NCBI GenBank assembly: GCA_031411295.1
Contig: JANOAV010000187.1
Coordinates: 32,001-96,000, forward strand
Reading direction: 5' to 3'
Length of the DNA: 64,000 nt
From: Verrucomicrobiales bacterium
GTDB taxonomy: Bacteria > Verrucomicrobiota > Verrucomicrobiia > Verrucomicrobiales > V1-33
Both the position numbers and the translations under genes were made by a program. The notes under the pieces were generated by a model, which searched no databases, was not told where the DNA came from, and saw nothing but the letters and a program-made list of their open reading frames with translations. The stretch's first letter is position 1, and every line of letters begins with the position of its first letter. This document shows positions 8,583 through 18,273 of the stretch, piece after piece.

Positions 8583-11500
8583 ATGTCAGAGAGCGCTCCG
8601 CAACGTCGCGTCGGTAAATACAGAATTCTTAAGGAACTAGGTAAGGGTTCCTTCGGGGTTACGAGCTTGGCGGAGCATGTCGGCCTGGGGAATCGTGTGG
8701 TTTTGAAGGAGTTGAAGGTGGGTGAAGGTGCGGACTCCACGTCCCGGGCACGCTTCATCGAAGAAGCCCGGATTCAGGCCAAACTGGGGGCTCAGCACAA
8801 GGGCATCGCCCAGGTTACGGAGTTGGACGAGGATGCAGATCCGCCGTATTATGTGGTGGAATTTTGTGATCAGGGAGATCTCGCCAAACTGGTCGAGAAG
8901 ACAGGGCCGTTGCCGCCCCTTCACGTCATGCGGATTGTCCGCCAAGTGGCGGATGCCCTTTCCTGTGCGCATCGTTTGGTGCTCCACCGGGATCTCAAGC
9001 CGCAAAATTTGGTGCTGGGATCGGCTCCAGGAACTGGCATCGAACCGATCATTAAATTAATCGACTTCGGTCTGGCGCGGTCGATCGATCAGAAGCAGGT
9101 GTCGGATGCAATGATGACGACGGCGGGGCAAATGTTGGGCACGGTCCTCTTTACCGCTCCCGAGCAGTTGCGGAGTGATGAAAATTTGGATTGTCGGTGC
9201 GATATCTTTTCGCTCGGCATGACCGCGTGGTATTTGCTGGAAGGCGCATCTCCAGTGAGCGGCACTTCCGGGCAGATTTTGACCGAGCGATTGTCTCCTG
9301 CCAGCTACGATGATGCAGTGCCGCAGGATCTCCCGGGAGATTTCCGCCAATTGCTCTGTCGAATGCTTGCCAAACGCGCCTCCGACCGCCCGGCCACAGC
9401 CTTGGAGGTGATTCGGGAGATCGACCGCTGCCTCACCGGGATTTCCCAAACCTGGACTCCGTTGGTGGAGATGGAGAAACCGGAGGAGAACAAAGAGCAA
9501 TCGATTGCGGAGCTCTACGACGTGAGCAGCGAAGGGACGACCATCATTGGGAAAACGCTCCTCGCCAAAGTCCGTGCGACTGGCCGCAGTGTGCATTTGC
9601 ATGCGTTGGAAGGAGCGGATCGGGCTGTGATTGCCACCTTGAGCCAATATGCTGGGCGGACCAGATCCACCGGCTGCCCGCACCTTCCCATCATGAAGAT
9701 GGAGTTACTGAAAGACGGTTGGGTGGTGGCGGAAGAACTGCTGGAAGGAGCCACCGACCTGAATGAAGTCATTTGTGAAACGAAGGCCCTCAGCCTCCCT
9801 ACCGCCGCTCCGCTCTTGCGCTATTTGGCGGATGCCTGCGATGCGGTGAAAGCTGCGGAATTGATTCATTTCCCGGTGACCATTAAGTCGGTTGAGCTGT
9901 GTGTCGCTGCCCGTCGCTGGATGGACGTGCTCCCAACCGGAAAATTTCGTTTACGCCTGCGCAGCGATATCGTCGCCCTGATGCCCGGCCGCAAATCCAT
10001 GAGCATCATTGCCGATCAGAAGGACACCATTGGCGCGACCTTGGATCCCAATGTGGGAGCGGGGAGCCTTACGGTGGCCCAGCGGTTTTTGCGCACTGCT
10101 TACTGGGTATTGGCTGGCAAGGAGCCTAGACCCGCCGCCTTCTATTCGCAGAGCGATTGCGATCCCATCCGCGGTCTCAACGAGGAAACGAACATGCTTT
10201 TCCGCCGCCACATCTCCGGGGCCTCCCTGCCGGAAGATCGTCCCTGCACCTATTTTCTGGAGCAAATTTGCCATGCGCAAGGCGTGCCCATGCCCCAGCC
10301 CTACGATCCCTGGGAGATAATAGAGGGGCATATTTCCGCCTGCGAAGACGATTTGGCAAGCCTGCGGCAAGAAGTGGCCCCTTGTGCCCAGTGGAATAAG
10401 GATTTGCCAGTGGCTGGCATGGCCACCGATGACAGCGGAGCCATGATGAGCTTGGCCACCACCCTAATGAGCAAGGTCGAGGAGTTACGGAGCCAATTGC
10501 GTGATCTGGAGGCCCAGACCGGAAGGAGTGGACTCAGCAGTGGTGCCACCATGACGGCAGGATCGGGAGCCACAGGGGGGAGGCTCAGTAGCCTCACGCT
10601 GGGCACGGAAGAACTCCACTCCACCCTGCGCCAAACCATTGCCGATGCCCAGGCCATGGCTGAGTGGTGGCGGTGCAAGCGGGCGGCGGATACCTCCCAG
10701 CACTTGCTGGCTTCCATCCCCTCAAGTTTACAGGATCTGCAAGAACGCTTCGATCAATTCAAATTCAGCGAAGGCCTCCCCGCCCTGGAATCCATTGAGC
10801 GGCAAGCCTTGTCGCTTCGCAAACAAGGCCTGCCAGAGTCAGATCCCGTGATTTTGCCCCCCGACGTGGCGACTCGCCTGCCGCAGGTCTTCTCAGATAA
10901 ACTGGCCGAGCTGAACCGTCATCGCGCCGATCTCGCCCAGGAGGCCACCAAAGCCATCCAATCCCTGCCGGAACTGCTGGACAAAATTCAGCTGGGGAAA
11001 AGGACCCTGACCATCACCGCATCCGCCGATGCCGAGCGCGCCACGTTGGAAAGTGAACTCCAACGAGCCGAGACCCTAACCCACGAAGCCGTCGAGAGCC
11101 TTAGTTCCAGCGGCAGCATCAACACTGTGGGTTCACCCCTGGTGAATCGAGCCCTCGATGCCGTGGGTTCCGCCCGGGCGGCCGCGAAACGTTTCCTCAC
11201 CGCAGTCGATCGCACTCCAAACCAAGCCCAGGTCACTTTTTTCCAATCCTGGCGCCAGCAACAACGTGACTTCGCTACCATCGAGAGCGCCCAGCGACTT
11301 GATATGTGCGAAAGCGCCCTCTCTGGCGCCAAACGTGACCTTGCCGGGCGGGTGGCCCTCGTCGCTGATAATCTGCGTCGGCAGACCGACGACTGCATCC
11401 GCGATGCCGCCACCCGGGAAAACGAATTGGCCACCTGCGTCAGCGAACTCACCCGACTTAAGCTGGAAGCCAAGGGGAGCACCGCCGCCCTGATCGGACG

Positions 11501-14500
11501 GCTGCAAAGCCTGGAGCGTGCTTTGGATGACATCCGCCGCAAACTAACGGCCATCCACACCTCCGCGAGCGGGACGATTAACACCAATCCCCCCACCGAT
11601 CTGCGCCTGCGCTTCGAGAGTGTGCGGCAGGATGCAGAAACTGCCATCACGCGGCTCCAAGATGATGTGGAACGGATTCGGATGCACTCCGGAGACCTCC
11701 AATCCGTGGACTCCTTCGTAGCTGAGCTAAGCAGCTTCCAAGATGAGCTGCGGACCGCTGAACAGACGGTCAAAGATTTGGGCATGGACCTCCCCAAATC
11801 CGCCCATCCGAATCAGACTTCCCTGACCGAACTGATCCAGCCGCTGGCCCATGCCGATACGTATTTGACCAAAGGCGCAGGCATTGAAACCACCCTAGCC
11901 GCCCTGCGATCGAAAACGGAGCAACTCGTCCGCCTCGGGGGCTCCACCGGTCAGGCTTGGGCCCGCCAAGCCACGGAAGCGCGCAATCGGGTGGAGGGGA
12001 TCCGGGGTGAGTTGGATAAATTGCTAACCGGGCTGCGCGCTGAACGCCGCCGCCTCGCCCAAAACGCCACCGATATCGTGGCCGCCAGCCAGTTGCGCCT
12101 CAGCAACCTGCGCAGCGATGCCAACGCCCGGAGCGCCGAAGCCGCCAGCCTGTCCATTGCCGCCGCCGATAAGGGCTATGCCGACGACGCCATTTGGAAG
12201 CAAATCTTCCACGAACGGGACCTCCTGCGCAGCCGCGTCACCACCCATCGCAGCGAGCTGGACACCATCCTCGCCTCCCTCGAACTGATTCCCAAACTCC
12301 CCAGCGATCTCGTCCTGCCCACCAGCGATGCCGCCGACCCCATCCGCCGAGCCCTCAGCGAAGTGGACACCAAGCTCAACACCATCCGCCGCCCCCCCGC
12401 CCCCGGCACTTGGAAGAAACTCAGCATAGCCGCCGCCATCGCCCTCCTCCTCGGCCTCGGTTTCCTCTTCCAACAACCCCTGCGCAAATTCTGGGCCGAC
12501 CTCAACGCCGCTCCCGCCGCCCTCCCCATGCGTTCGTTTGTTTGCGAGGGAGGCATCGGCACGAAGAACGTTCAATTCTATCTCGCCAAATCCAGCGAAT
12601 CAGATGCCCCGCAAAGCCCTCTGAAGTTGGACGGGCCCAACACCTTCTCTCTGGGCACGGATGTCATTCCGCTGGGGCACAGCGTTTACGCTACCTCAGC
12701 GGGGTATGAGCCAAAAGAGATTATCCCCAATGAAACACTGATGAGCTTTAAAGGGCCGGACGGAAAATATGCCCTAACCAAAGAAATTAATCTGGAGCGG
12801 ACTCAGATGGATGTCATCATCCAGACTAAAGAAGTGGACAAAGCCTATAGCGTGCTCTCCTTCACGTGGAAAGAACCCCTGAGTGACGAACCCAAGGCAG
12901 AGGGGCCTAGCGAGCCGCTCAGCATTATTCGGACCGCAGGCACGAATGAGGAGTCGATCAAGTTGAAGACCGGCAAATATTTGGTTCAAGCCCTCCTCAG
13001 CCGTGGCGACCAGACCTCCCGCCCCGTCGCCCCCGTTACTAACGGCTGGAACCTCATTGTCTCCAAGACCACAAAGCCATTAGTCTGCGATAAAATAGCT
13101 GCGCCTGTGATGCAAGCTGAGCCCAAAGAGATGATGGTGCCAATCACTGAAGTGGCCTTGAGCGGCAAGTTCAGTCCCTCGAAAATCAATTTTTATCTTT
13201 TGGCAGAACCGGTCCCTGACCCAACCGGAGCAGAGTTTGCTGGCGCGCTCAAAAGTGCGGCAAAAGTCACTGTAACTACCGAAAGCAGCACCGATCACAC
13301 CCTGAAGTTGACCGCCGCTGATCTGAAGGGAAAAGCGCTCTATGCCGTGGCTCCTGGCTATTACCCACTTCATTTGCCGGAATTGACAGAGAAAGAACTG
13401 GCAAAGCCCAGCGAAAAAAAACGGCTTCCGCTAGAGAAGGCGGTCCAGCTGACACGCAAGGTCTTCCAGGTAGAAGTGGACGCGTCGGATGTCCCTGAGT
13501 TCTACGATCTGGTCGTTTTCACTTGGAAAGGGCATTTGGAAGGCGAGGATGATGCAGAAGCAGCGCCTACTTCCACAAGCGTTAGTTTGGTGTCAACTCA
13601 ACCACGGACGAATCCGTTCAATGTAAAAACCCCGAAGGCCTTGCCGTCTGGAAAATACCTTGTGGAGCTCTCTAACAAGGCTGGCGTATGGAAGGATATC
13701 CGTGTCGAACCTTATAAAACAACGCCGGTTCCTGAGGGGCAGAATTTCAATTTGACCATTAGTCAGGCCGATCTCAAGCACGCTCCGGACACGACACCTT
13801 TCCGGCTCCACGGAACAGGCAAATATGACTTCACCATCCCCACCAAATCGAGCGTTGGTTCTTCCCTGCCACAAGCAAACGGCCCCCTCAGTCTTTCCAC
13901 TCGGGTTTCCGTTGAAATCAGCCAGGGGCGCATCCAAATGCTTTATAAAAATCCATACATTGGAATCAAGTGCCTTTACCGATTGTTCCGGAGTTACGCC
14001 TCCCAAGGGACGAAGAATGAGGAACTTCATTCCGCTACTCCAGACGACACCCGCATTCCAGACCTGCTGCGAGGCATGGCTGACACCTCCGACTTTGAGA
14101 CCTGGGTTGCGCAGCGCCTGGAAAGCGCCAATCCTCAGGGCAAGGTGCTGAAGGATGTTTATACAGATTGGGCCAGAGCCCTGCGTCAATTTGCCGGAGA
14201 AAAAGTGCCCCAGCCACCAGACAAGGATTCTCTAACAATCTGCCGGCAGTATGGGGACTCCTCTACCGGTGGTGATAACGACTTGGACAAAGCGAATACC
14301 AAAGCAGATATCCCGGCTATGGACCAGCCCTTCAATAAAGGGATAAAAAAATATTGGGCTGCGGGCTTCAAAATCGAGCAAATTTCGTCCGACGGTCTTC
14401 CTAGTGGGGTCTTCTCCTCAAGCCTCGGCACACCACCTAAAGAGGGGTTTCGAATCATTAAACTTGGTGCAACCTACAAAATGGAAAGCCTCAACAAGGA

Positions 14501-14537
14501 ACTAGGGGTATTAAGCGTGGAATTGAATTCTAAGTAG
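8583..14537 (+). CDS. Giant transmembrane Hanks-type Ser/Thr kinase (kinase + pseudokinase + coiled coil + TM + repeated periplasmic domains)
   Basis: GKGSFG, VVLK, HRDLKPQN, DFG and APE motifs. Long heptad-rich helical region. TM segment LSIAAAIALLLGLGFLF. Confidence 0.9.
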   Translation: MSESAPQRRVGKYRILKELGKGSFGVTSLAEHVGLGNRVVLKELKVGEGADSTSRARFIEEARIQAKLGAQHKGIAQVTELDEDADPPYYVVEFCDQGDLAKLVEKTGPLPPLHVMRIVRQVADALSCAHRLVLHRDLKPQNLVLGSAPGTGIEPIIKLIDFGLARSIDQKQVSDAMMTTAGQMLGTVLFTAPEQLRSDENLDCRCDIFSLGMTAWYLLEGASPVSGTSGQILTERLSPASYDDAVPQDLPGDFRQLLCRMLAKRASDRPATALEVIREIDRCLTGISQTWTPLVEMEKPEENKEQSIAELYDVSSEGTTIIGKTLLAKVRATGRSVHLHALEGADRAVIATLSQYAGRTRSTGCPHLPIMKMELLKDGWVVAEELLEGATDLNEVICETKALSLPTAAPLLRYLADACDAVKAAELIHFPVTIKSVELCVAARRWMDVLPTGKFRLRLRSDIVALMPGRKSMSIIADQKDTIGATLDPNVGAGSLTVAQRFLRTAYWVLAGKEPRPAAFYSQSDCDPIRGLNEETNMLFRRHISGASLPEDRPCTYFLEQICHAQGVPMPQPYDPWEIIEGHISACEDDLASLRQEVAPCAQWNKDLPVAGMATDDSGAMMSLATTLMSKVEELRSQLRDLEAQTGRSGLSSGATMTAGSGATGGRLSSLTLGTEELHSTLRQTIADAQAMAEWWRCKRAADTSQHLLASIPSSLQDLQERFDQFKFSEGLPALESIERQALSLRKQGLPESDPVILPPDVATRLPQVFSDKLAELNRHRADLAQEATKAIQSLPELLDKIQLGKRTLTITASADAERATLESELQRAETLTHEAVESLSSSGSINTVGSPLVNRALDAVGSARAAAKRFLTAVDRTPNQAQVTFFQSWRQQQRDFATIESAQRLDMCESALSGAKRDLAGRVALVADNLRRQTDDCIRDAATRENELATCVSELTRLKLEAKGSTAALIGRLQSLERALDDIRRKLTAIHTSASGTINTNPPTDLRLRFESVRQDAETAITRLQDDVERIRMHSGDLQSVDSFVAELSSFQDELRTAEQTVKDLGMDLPKSAHPNQTSLTELIQPLAHADTYLTKGAGIETTLAALRSKTEQLVRLGGSTGQAWARQATEARNRVEGIRGELDKLLTGLRAERRRLAQNATDIVAASQLRLSNLRSDANARSAEAASLSIAAADKGYADDAIWKQIFHERDLLRSRVTTHRSELDTILASLELIPKLPSDLVLPTSDAADPIRRALSEVDTKLNTIRRPPAPGTWKKLSIAAAIALLLGLGFLFQQPLRKFWADLNAAPAALPMRSFVCEGGIGTKNVQFYLAKSSESDAPQSPLKLDGPNTFSLGTDVIPLGHSVYATSAGYEPKEIIPNETLMSFKGPDGKYALTKEINLERTQMDVIIQTKEVDKAYSVLSFTWKEPLSDEPKAEGPSEPLSIIRTAGTNEESIKLKTGKYLVQALLSRGDQTSRPVAPVTNGWNLIVSKTTKPLVCDKIAAPVMQAEPKEMMVPITEVALSGKFSPSKINFYLLAEPVPDPTGAEFAGALKSAAKVTVTTESSTDHTLKLTAADLKGKALYAVAPGYYPLHLPELTEKELAKPSEKKRLPLEKAVQLTRKVFQVEVDASDVPEFYDLVVFTWKGHLEGEDDAEAAPTSTSVSLVSTQPRTNPFNVKTPKALPSGKYLVELSNKAGVWKDIRVEPYKTTPVPEGQNFNLTISQADLKHAPDTTPFRLHGTGKYDFTIPTKSSVGSSLPQANGPLSLSTRVSVEISQGRIQMLYKNPYIGIKCLYRLFRSYASQGTKNEELHSATPDDTRIPDLLRGMADTSDFETWVAQRLESANPQGKVLKDVYTDWARALRQFAGEKVPQPPDKDSLTICRQYGDSSTGGDNDLDKANTKADIPAMDQPFNKGIKKYWAAGFKIEQISSDGLPSGVFSSSLGTPPKEGFRIIKLGATYKMESLNKELGVLSVELNSK

Positions 14538-15414
14538 AGCGGCGCACGTCGAAATTTTTAGCCCGCAGCAGCGCCACCAGGCTGGAATCCCCCAGGAAAT
14601 GTTGCGCCCCCGCTGCAATCATCCAAGATCCAGCCAACTTCAAAGATAACAATCGTGTTAGCCAAACTTGGTTCCGACCAGCAATTACCGCTCTGCGAAA
14701 GGCCTCGGTGTTGGCCGTGGAGGATTCGAAGACTTTCGCCAATTTTGCCTCATCACCGTTGCTCCAAGCGGTCCGCAATTCAGATGAGAGGTTTTCATAC
14801 GAACCCGATAAACCTAGTTTTAACGTGGAATCAAGCACCTCAATTTGCGTCTCGGTAGCAAGCTTTTCGAATACGTCCAAGGCTTCCACCTGTGATTCCA
14901 AAAGCCGGACCGTTTTTTTTGTGGAGGCGCATTTTCGGCACAGGTAGGATTCCACACCGTGCTGGCTAAGCATACCGCATTCCCTACCCATCGCATCCTG
15001 GATCCAGATACTGGCGAGCCAAGGCTTGCAGCTCGTCAAGTGGCGAAGGGTCGGATGGAGTTTGATGAACTTAGCCAAGTCCACAGCAGTGGACGAAGGA
15101 AGGATATTCAATAAAGAGCTTCCATTGGGGAGAAATCCCCGTTGCTGGATTAACCGCTTGGAAGAAGGCAGCGACTGCTCATAAGGGGTGAATTCCACGA
15201 AGACACCCTGCACCATTGCGGTGGAGGAATCAATCACCTTCGGTAGTGGGTAGTCATCAAGCGTCAAGGCGTGAAGCGTTGCAATTAAGAAGAAACGCAA
15301 ATCACCTTTGGTTGCAACCCACGCTAGACCTTTCCTGTCATTGTCTGCCGATAGCAGCATCGAAGGAAGCGAGAGAGACGGCACAAAGCTGAGTAAACTT
15401 CTGCGGGTGAGCAT
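14530..15414 (-). CDS. TraB/GumN (TIKI-like) family protein
   Basis: ATLH, VFVE, LES, RN and GAQH motifs. N-terminal TRRSLL twin-arginine-like signal. Confidence 0.85.
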   Translation of the reverse strand: MLTRRSLLSFVPSLSLPSMLLSADNDRKGLAWVATKGDLRFFLIATLHALTLDDYPLPKVIDSSTAMVQGVFVEFTPYEQSLPSSKRLIQQRGFLPNGSSLLNILPSSTAVDLAKFIKLHPTLRHLTSCKPWLASIWIQDAMGRECGMLSQHGVESYLCRKCASTKKTVRLLESQVEALDVFEKLATETQIEVLDSTLKLGLSGSYENLSSELRTAWSNGDEAKLAKVFESSTANTEAFRRAVIAGRNQVWLTRLLSLKLAGSWMIAAGAQHFLGDSSLVALLRAKNFDVRRST

Positions 15415-15582
15415 GATCGTCCACTAGTAGCGCAACCTCTCTATTCCGCCACCGCATTTCACGAATAACGTGATTTTAGCATTCAGATTGGAATGCAACT
15501 ACGCAATTTATGTCCCAGCGTTACAATTTTTTTTTATTTTATTTCCTTGAACCAGATTTCTTTCCTGCTCTAATGAGGGATC

Positions 15583-18237
15583 ATGCTCAGGAACAAACAC
15601 ATAACCAAGACGTTCCAGACAACGTCACTAACTTGTTTAACGATCATCGCCATGGGTTGGCTCCAGCCCGCAGAAGCGGCTGTGATGATGGTGGGATCAT
15701 TCGATGCTCCAGCTTGGAATGGCGGCGGGGCCGCAGCGACTAGCGCCGTTTCCGGCCAGCGTGTGGGAGCAAGTGGTAGTGATTTTATTGCGATGCCAAG
15801 TCCATCCATTGAGGCCCCGGCAAGATCTACAGAGCCTCCACCCAGGCGGAACACTGAAAAGAGAGAGCCCAGCAAGGAAAATGGCCAGGGTCGTTCAACC
15901 GGTCCTGAGAAAGAAGCAGCGCCACCGCCAGTTCAAGCACCTACGGCGCCCGCAGAAGCTACTGGTGGTTTCAAAGTCTCTGGCCAGTGGAACAGTCGCT
16001 ATAGTTTCCGTGGTCTGAATGTCTTGGACCGGGTCTCGCCAGATCCTTCAGGTGGAGGGATGGCGCAATGGAGTGCTTCCTACACCCATGTGCTGCATCC
16101 CCAAGTGGACGGACTTACCTTTGAGTTGTCCCACGTTGAAGGGCTGAATAAACAAGTTCCACGCGGAGAGTATTTTGGTCTCCCTCCCAATGGAGGAGGT
16201 TTCGACAAGAAAACCAAGACGTTCGCTCGGGATAATGCCGACTATAGCTTGGCTCCCGCAGAGCGTTATATCGAGAATCAGCTGTATTTAAACTACACCC
16301 GGCGGCTGCCGTTTAATCTTGAAACGACTTTAGGAGTAAGCTACTACTCGTTCTCAGATGGTCGCTGGTGGCAGCAAGGCGGCAAGGGCGATCCTGAGAT
16401 CGATGACACCATCGAAACGCAGATTCGTTTAAAGTATTATGGGCTCAAATTTTCCTCTGATGCTACTGCCATTCCCTTGGTTGTTCCATCGGTTGGCTAC
16501 GCTGTGGATTGGCGCGGATTCAAAGGGGAATTCCTTGATTTCGGATTGGAGTCTGCCCCGATTCCATTGCATCTAGGCCCAGCGCTGCTGTCGTTCCGGG
16601 CCGGTGCTGGCTATGACTTCGGTTACAATTCGCCAGGGGATGGTTGGAATCACCTTTCCGGTGGGGTGTCCCTGATCGTTCCCTTGGATGGAACGAAGAC
16701 TTTTGGTGGCTCCGGTTTGGAATTCAAAGTGAGCGCCGACTACATCCACGCCTTGGATAAGGATCGGGCGGACGAAGGTTGGTTCTTCGGGGTTGGATTG
16801 GGCACCAGCCAAGCGATTCGTCCGGGGGACTCGAAGATTGCCGCCATGGCCTCGAAAGACCCACTCTCGTTGGCTGCTGCGCCAGACCACAAATGGGAAG
16901 TCGGCATTGGGACTGGCTTCCGCACTTGGAATGCTGATTTCAGGAACAATGCGGCCACGCCCTACAACTCGCTCCTCTTGATTGACAAACAAGTCGGCTC
17001 TGGCGATTTGGGATTCGCTGCCAATGGTCGTCCGGCTCGTTATAAGAATGGAACTGTCACGGGTTCCACCAACGGTTCCGGCAGTTTCTATGACGGCACG
17101 TCCCAGTTCACAACTCGTAACGGTGGTCAAATTCGTGGCAGCGCGGCAACGGGCGATCGCCATGTGATTTATGATTCTGATCGTTACAGCTATGATCAGG
17201 AGGTCTCCTCTCGCAGTTTCAGCACCAGCACCGATCAGGAAATAGTCTCACCTTTTTTGGAAGTCAGTCGTGATATTAGTCCTGCTAGTTGGAAAGCCAA
17301 GGGGATGCATCTGAAACTGGGTGCGATCTATGCTTACAGCAATGGTGAATTTGACTCTGGCACCCAACTGACCTCGCTGTCTTCGGGCTTTGAAACTACC
17401 GACAAATACCAGTTCATCTACACCGTCGATGAAATTTTCACCGATCCTGATCTGACCCAGCCACACGGTGGCGGTAATGGAGCCTACGTGGTCGTCAACG
17501 GTCAGGACTACGCTGATAACTATGGGGCTTCGCTCTCTGGCAGTGGGCCGCAGTCCACCCATACGGGAGTCAGAAACAACCTCAGCCGAGTAGCTTCCTT
17601 CAGTTCATCCTCCTTGAGCATTTCGGCTCACGAGTTGGCATTTCCTCAACTTGAGTTTGAAGTGGACTTGGGCACACGTTGGCACCTCGGTCTGAAAGTA
17701 GCCCCGACCCTAAGCCTGCTGGAAGGCAAGCTGGCCTCGGACGTTTATTACCAGGAGCTATCAGATTTGGCAGCTGGGAAAGTTACAGCCAATAAGACTG
17801 GATATAGCGTGTTTAAGTTTGCCTCTGCCAGCGGCGGCTTCGACGATGATGAGGATCAGATCAAGACCACTGGAGGCAACAATCCTTCCGGCACATCGGG
17901 CTCCTCCGCAGCCGGTGCCGCTCCTGCCACCGCTCCTCAAGGTTCCGCCAGCGCTAACGGCAGTCCGTCTGGTAAAGGCTCGCGAGCTGTCGCCTCCCGC
18001 CTTCCAGGAAGGACCCTCGCCCACTATCATGACTCCACTTCTTCCCAAGAATTTGCTTGGGGCCTGCAAACTCGGGCCAACGTTCGGTTCGACTTGGACG
18101 AGCAGGACCGCTTCTTCCTCGAAGCATGGGCTGGCTATCACTACATGGATAAAGTGACTTTCTCCAATCGATTCAGCTCTGTCACACTGGATCCCAGCAA
18201 TTGGGAACTGGGCCTTGGTTTGGGCTGCCGTTTCTAA
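15583..18237 (+). CDS. Outer-membrane beta-barrel protein, probably two barrels in tandem
   Basis: Signal peptide and many alternating amphipathic strands. An internal barrel-end-like WFFGVGLG, and a C-terminal WELGLGLGCRF ending in Phe. Confidence 0.75.
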   Translation: MLRNKHITKTFQTTSLTCLTIIAMGWLQPAEAAVMMVGSFDAPAWNGGGAAATSAVSGQRVGASGSDFIAMPSPSIEAPARSTEPPPRRNTEKREPSKENGQGRSTGPEKEAAPPPVQAPTAPAEATGGFKVSGQWNSRYSFRGLNVLDRVSPDPSGGGMAQWSASYTHVLHPQVDGLTFELSHVEGLNKQVPRGEYFGLPPNGGGFDKKTKTFARDNADYSLAPAERYIENQLYLNYTRRLPFNLETTLGVSYYSFSDGRWWQQGGKGDPEIDDTIETQIRLKYYGLKFSSDATAIPLVVPSVGYAVDWRGFKGEFLDFGLESAPIPLHLGPALLSFRAGAGYDFGYNSPGDGWNHLSGGVSLIVPLDGTKTFGGSGLEFKVSADYIHALDKDRADEGWFFGVGLGTSQAIRPGDSKIAAMASKDPLSLAAAPDHKWEVGIGTGFRTWNADFRNNAATPYNSLLLIDKQVGSGDLGFAANGRPARYKNGTVTGSTNGSGSFYDGTSQFTTRNGGQIRGSAATGDRHVIYDSDRYSYDQEVSSRSFSTSTDQEIVSPFLEVSRDISPASWKAKGMHLKLGAIYAYSNGEFDSGTQLTSLSSGFETTDKYQFIYTVDEIFTDPDLTQPHGGGNGAYVVVNGQDYADNYGASLSGSGPQSTHTGVRNNLSRVASFSSSSLSISAHELAFPQLEFEVDLGTRWHLGLKVAPTLSLLEGKLASDVYYQELSDLAAGKVTANKTGYSVFKFASASGGFDDDEDQIKTTGGNNPSGTSGSSAAGAAPATAPQGSASANGSPSGKGSRAVASRLPGRTLAHYHDSTSSQEFAWGLQTRANVRFDLDEQDRFFLEAWAGYHYMDKVTFSNRFSSVTLDPSNWELGLGLGCRF

Positions 18238-18273
18238 AATGCGGCCGGATAACTTTACAAAATACCTAGAATT

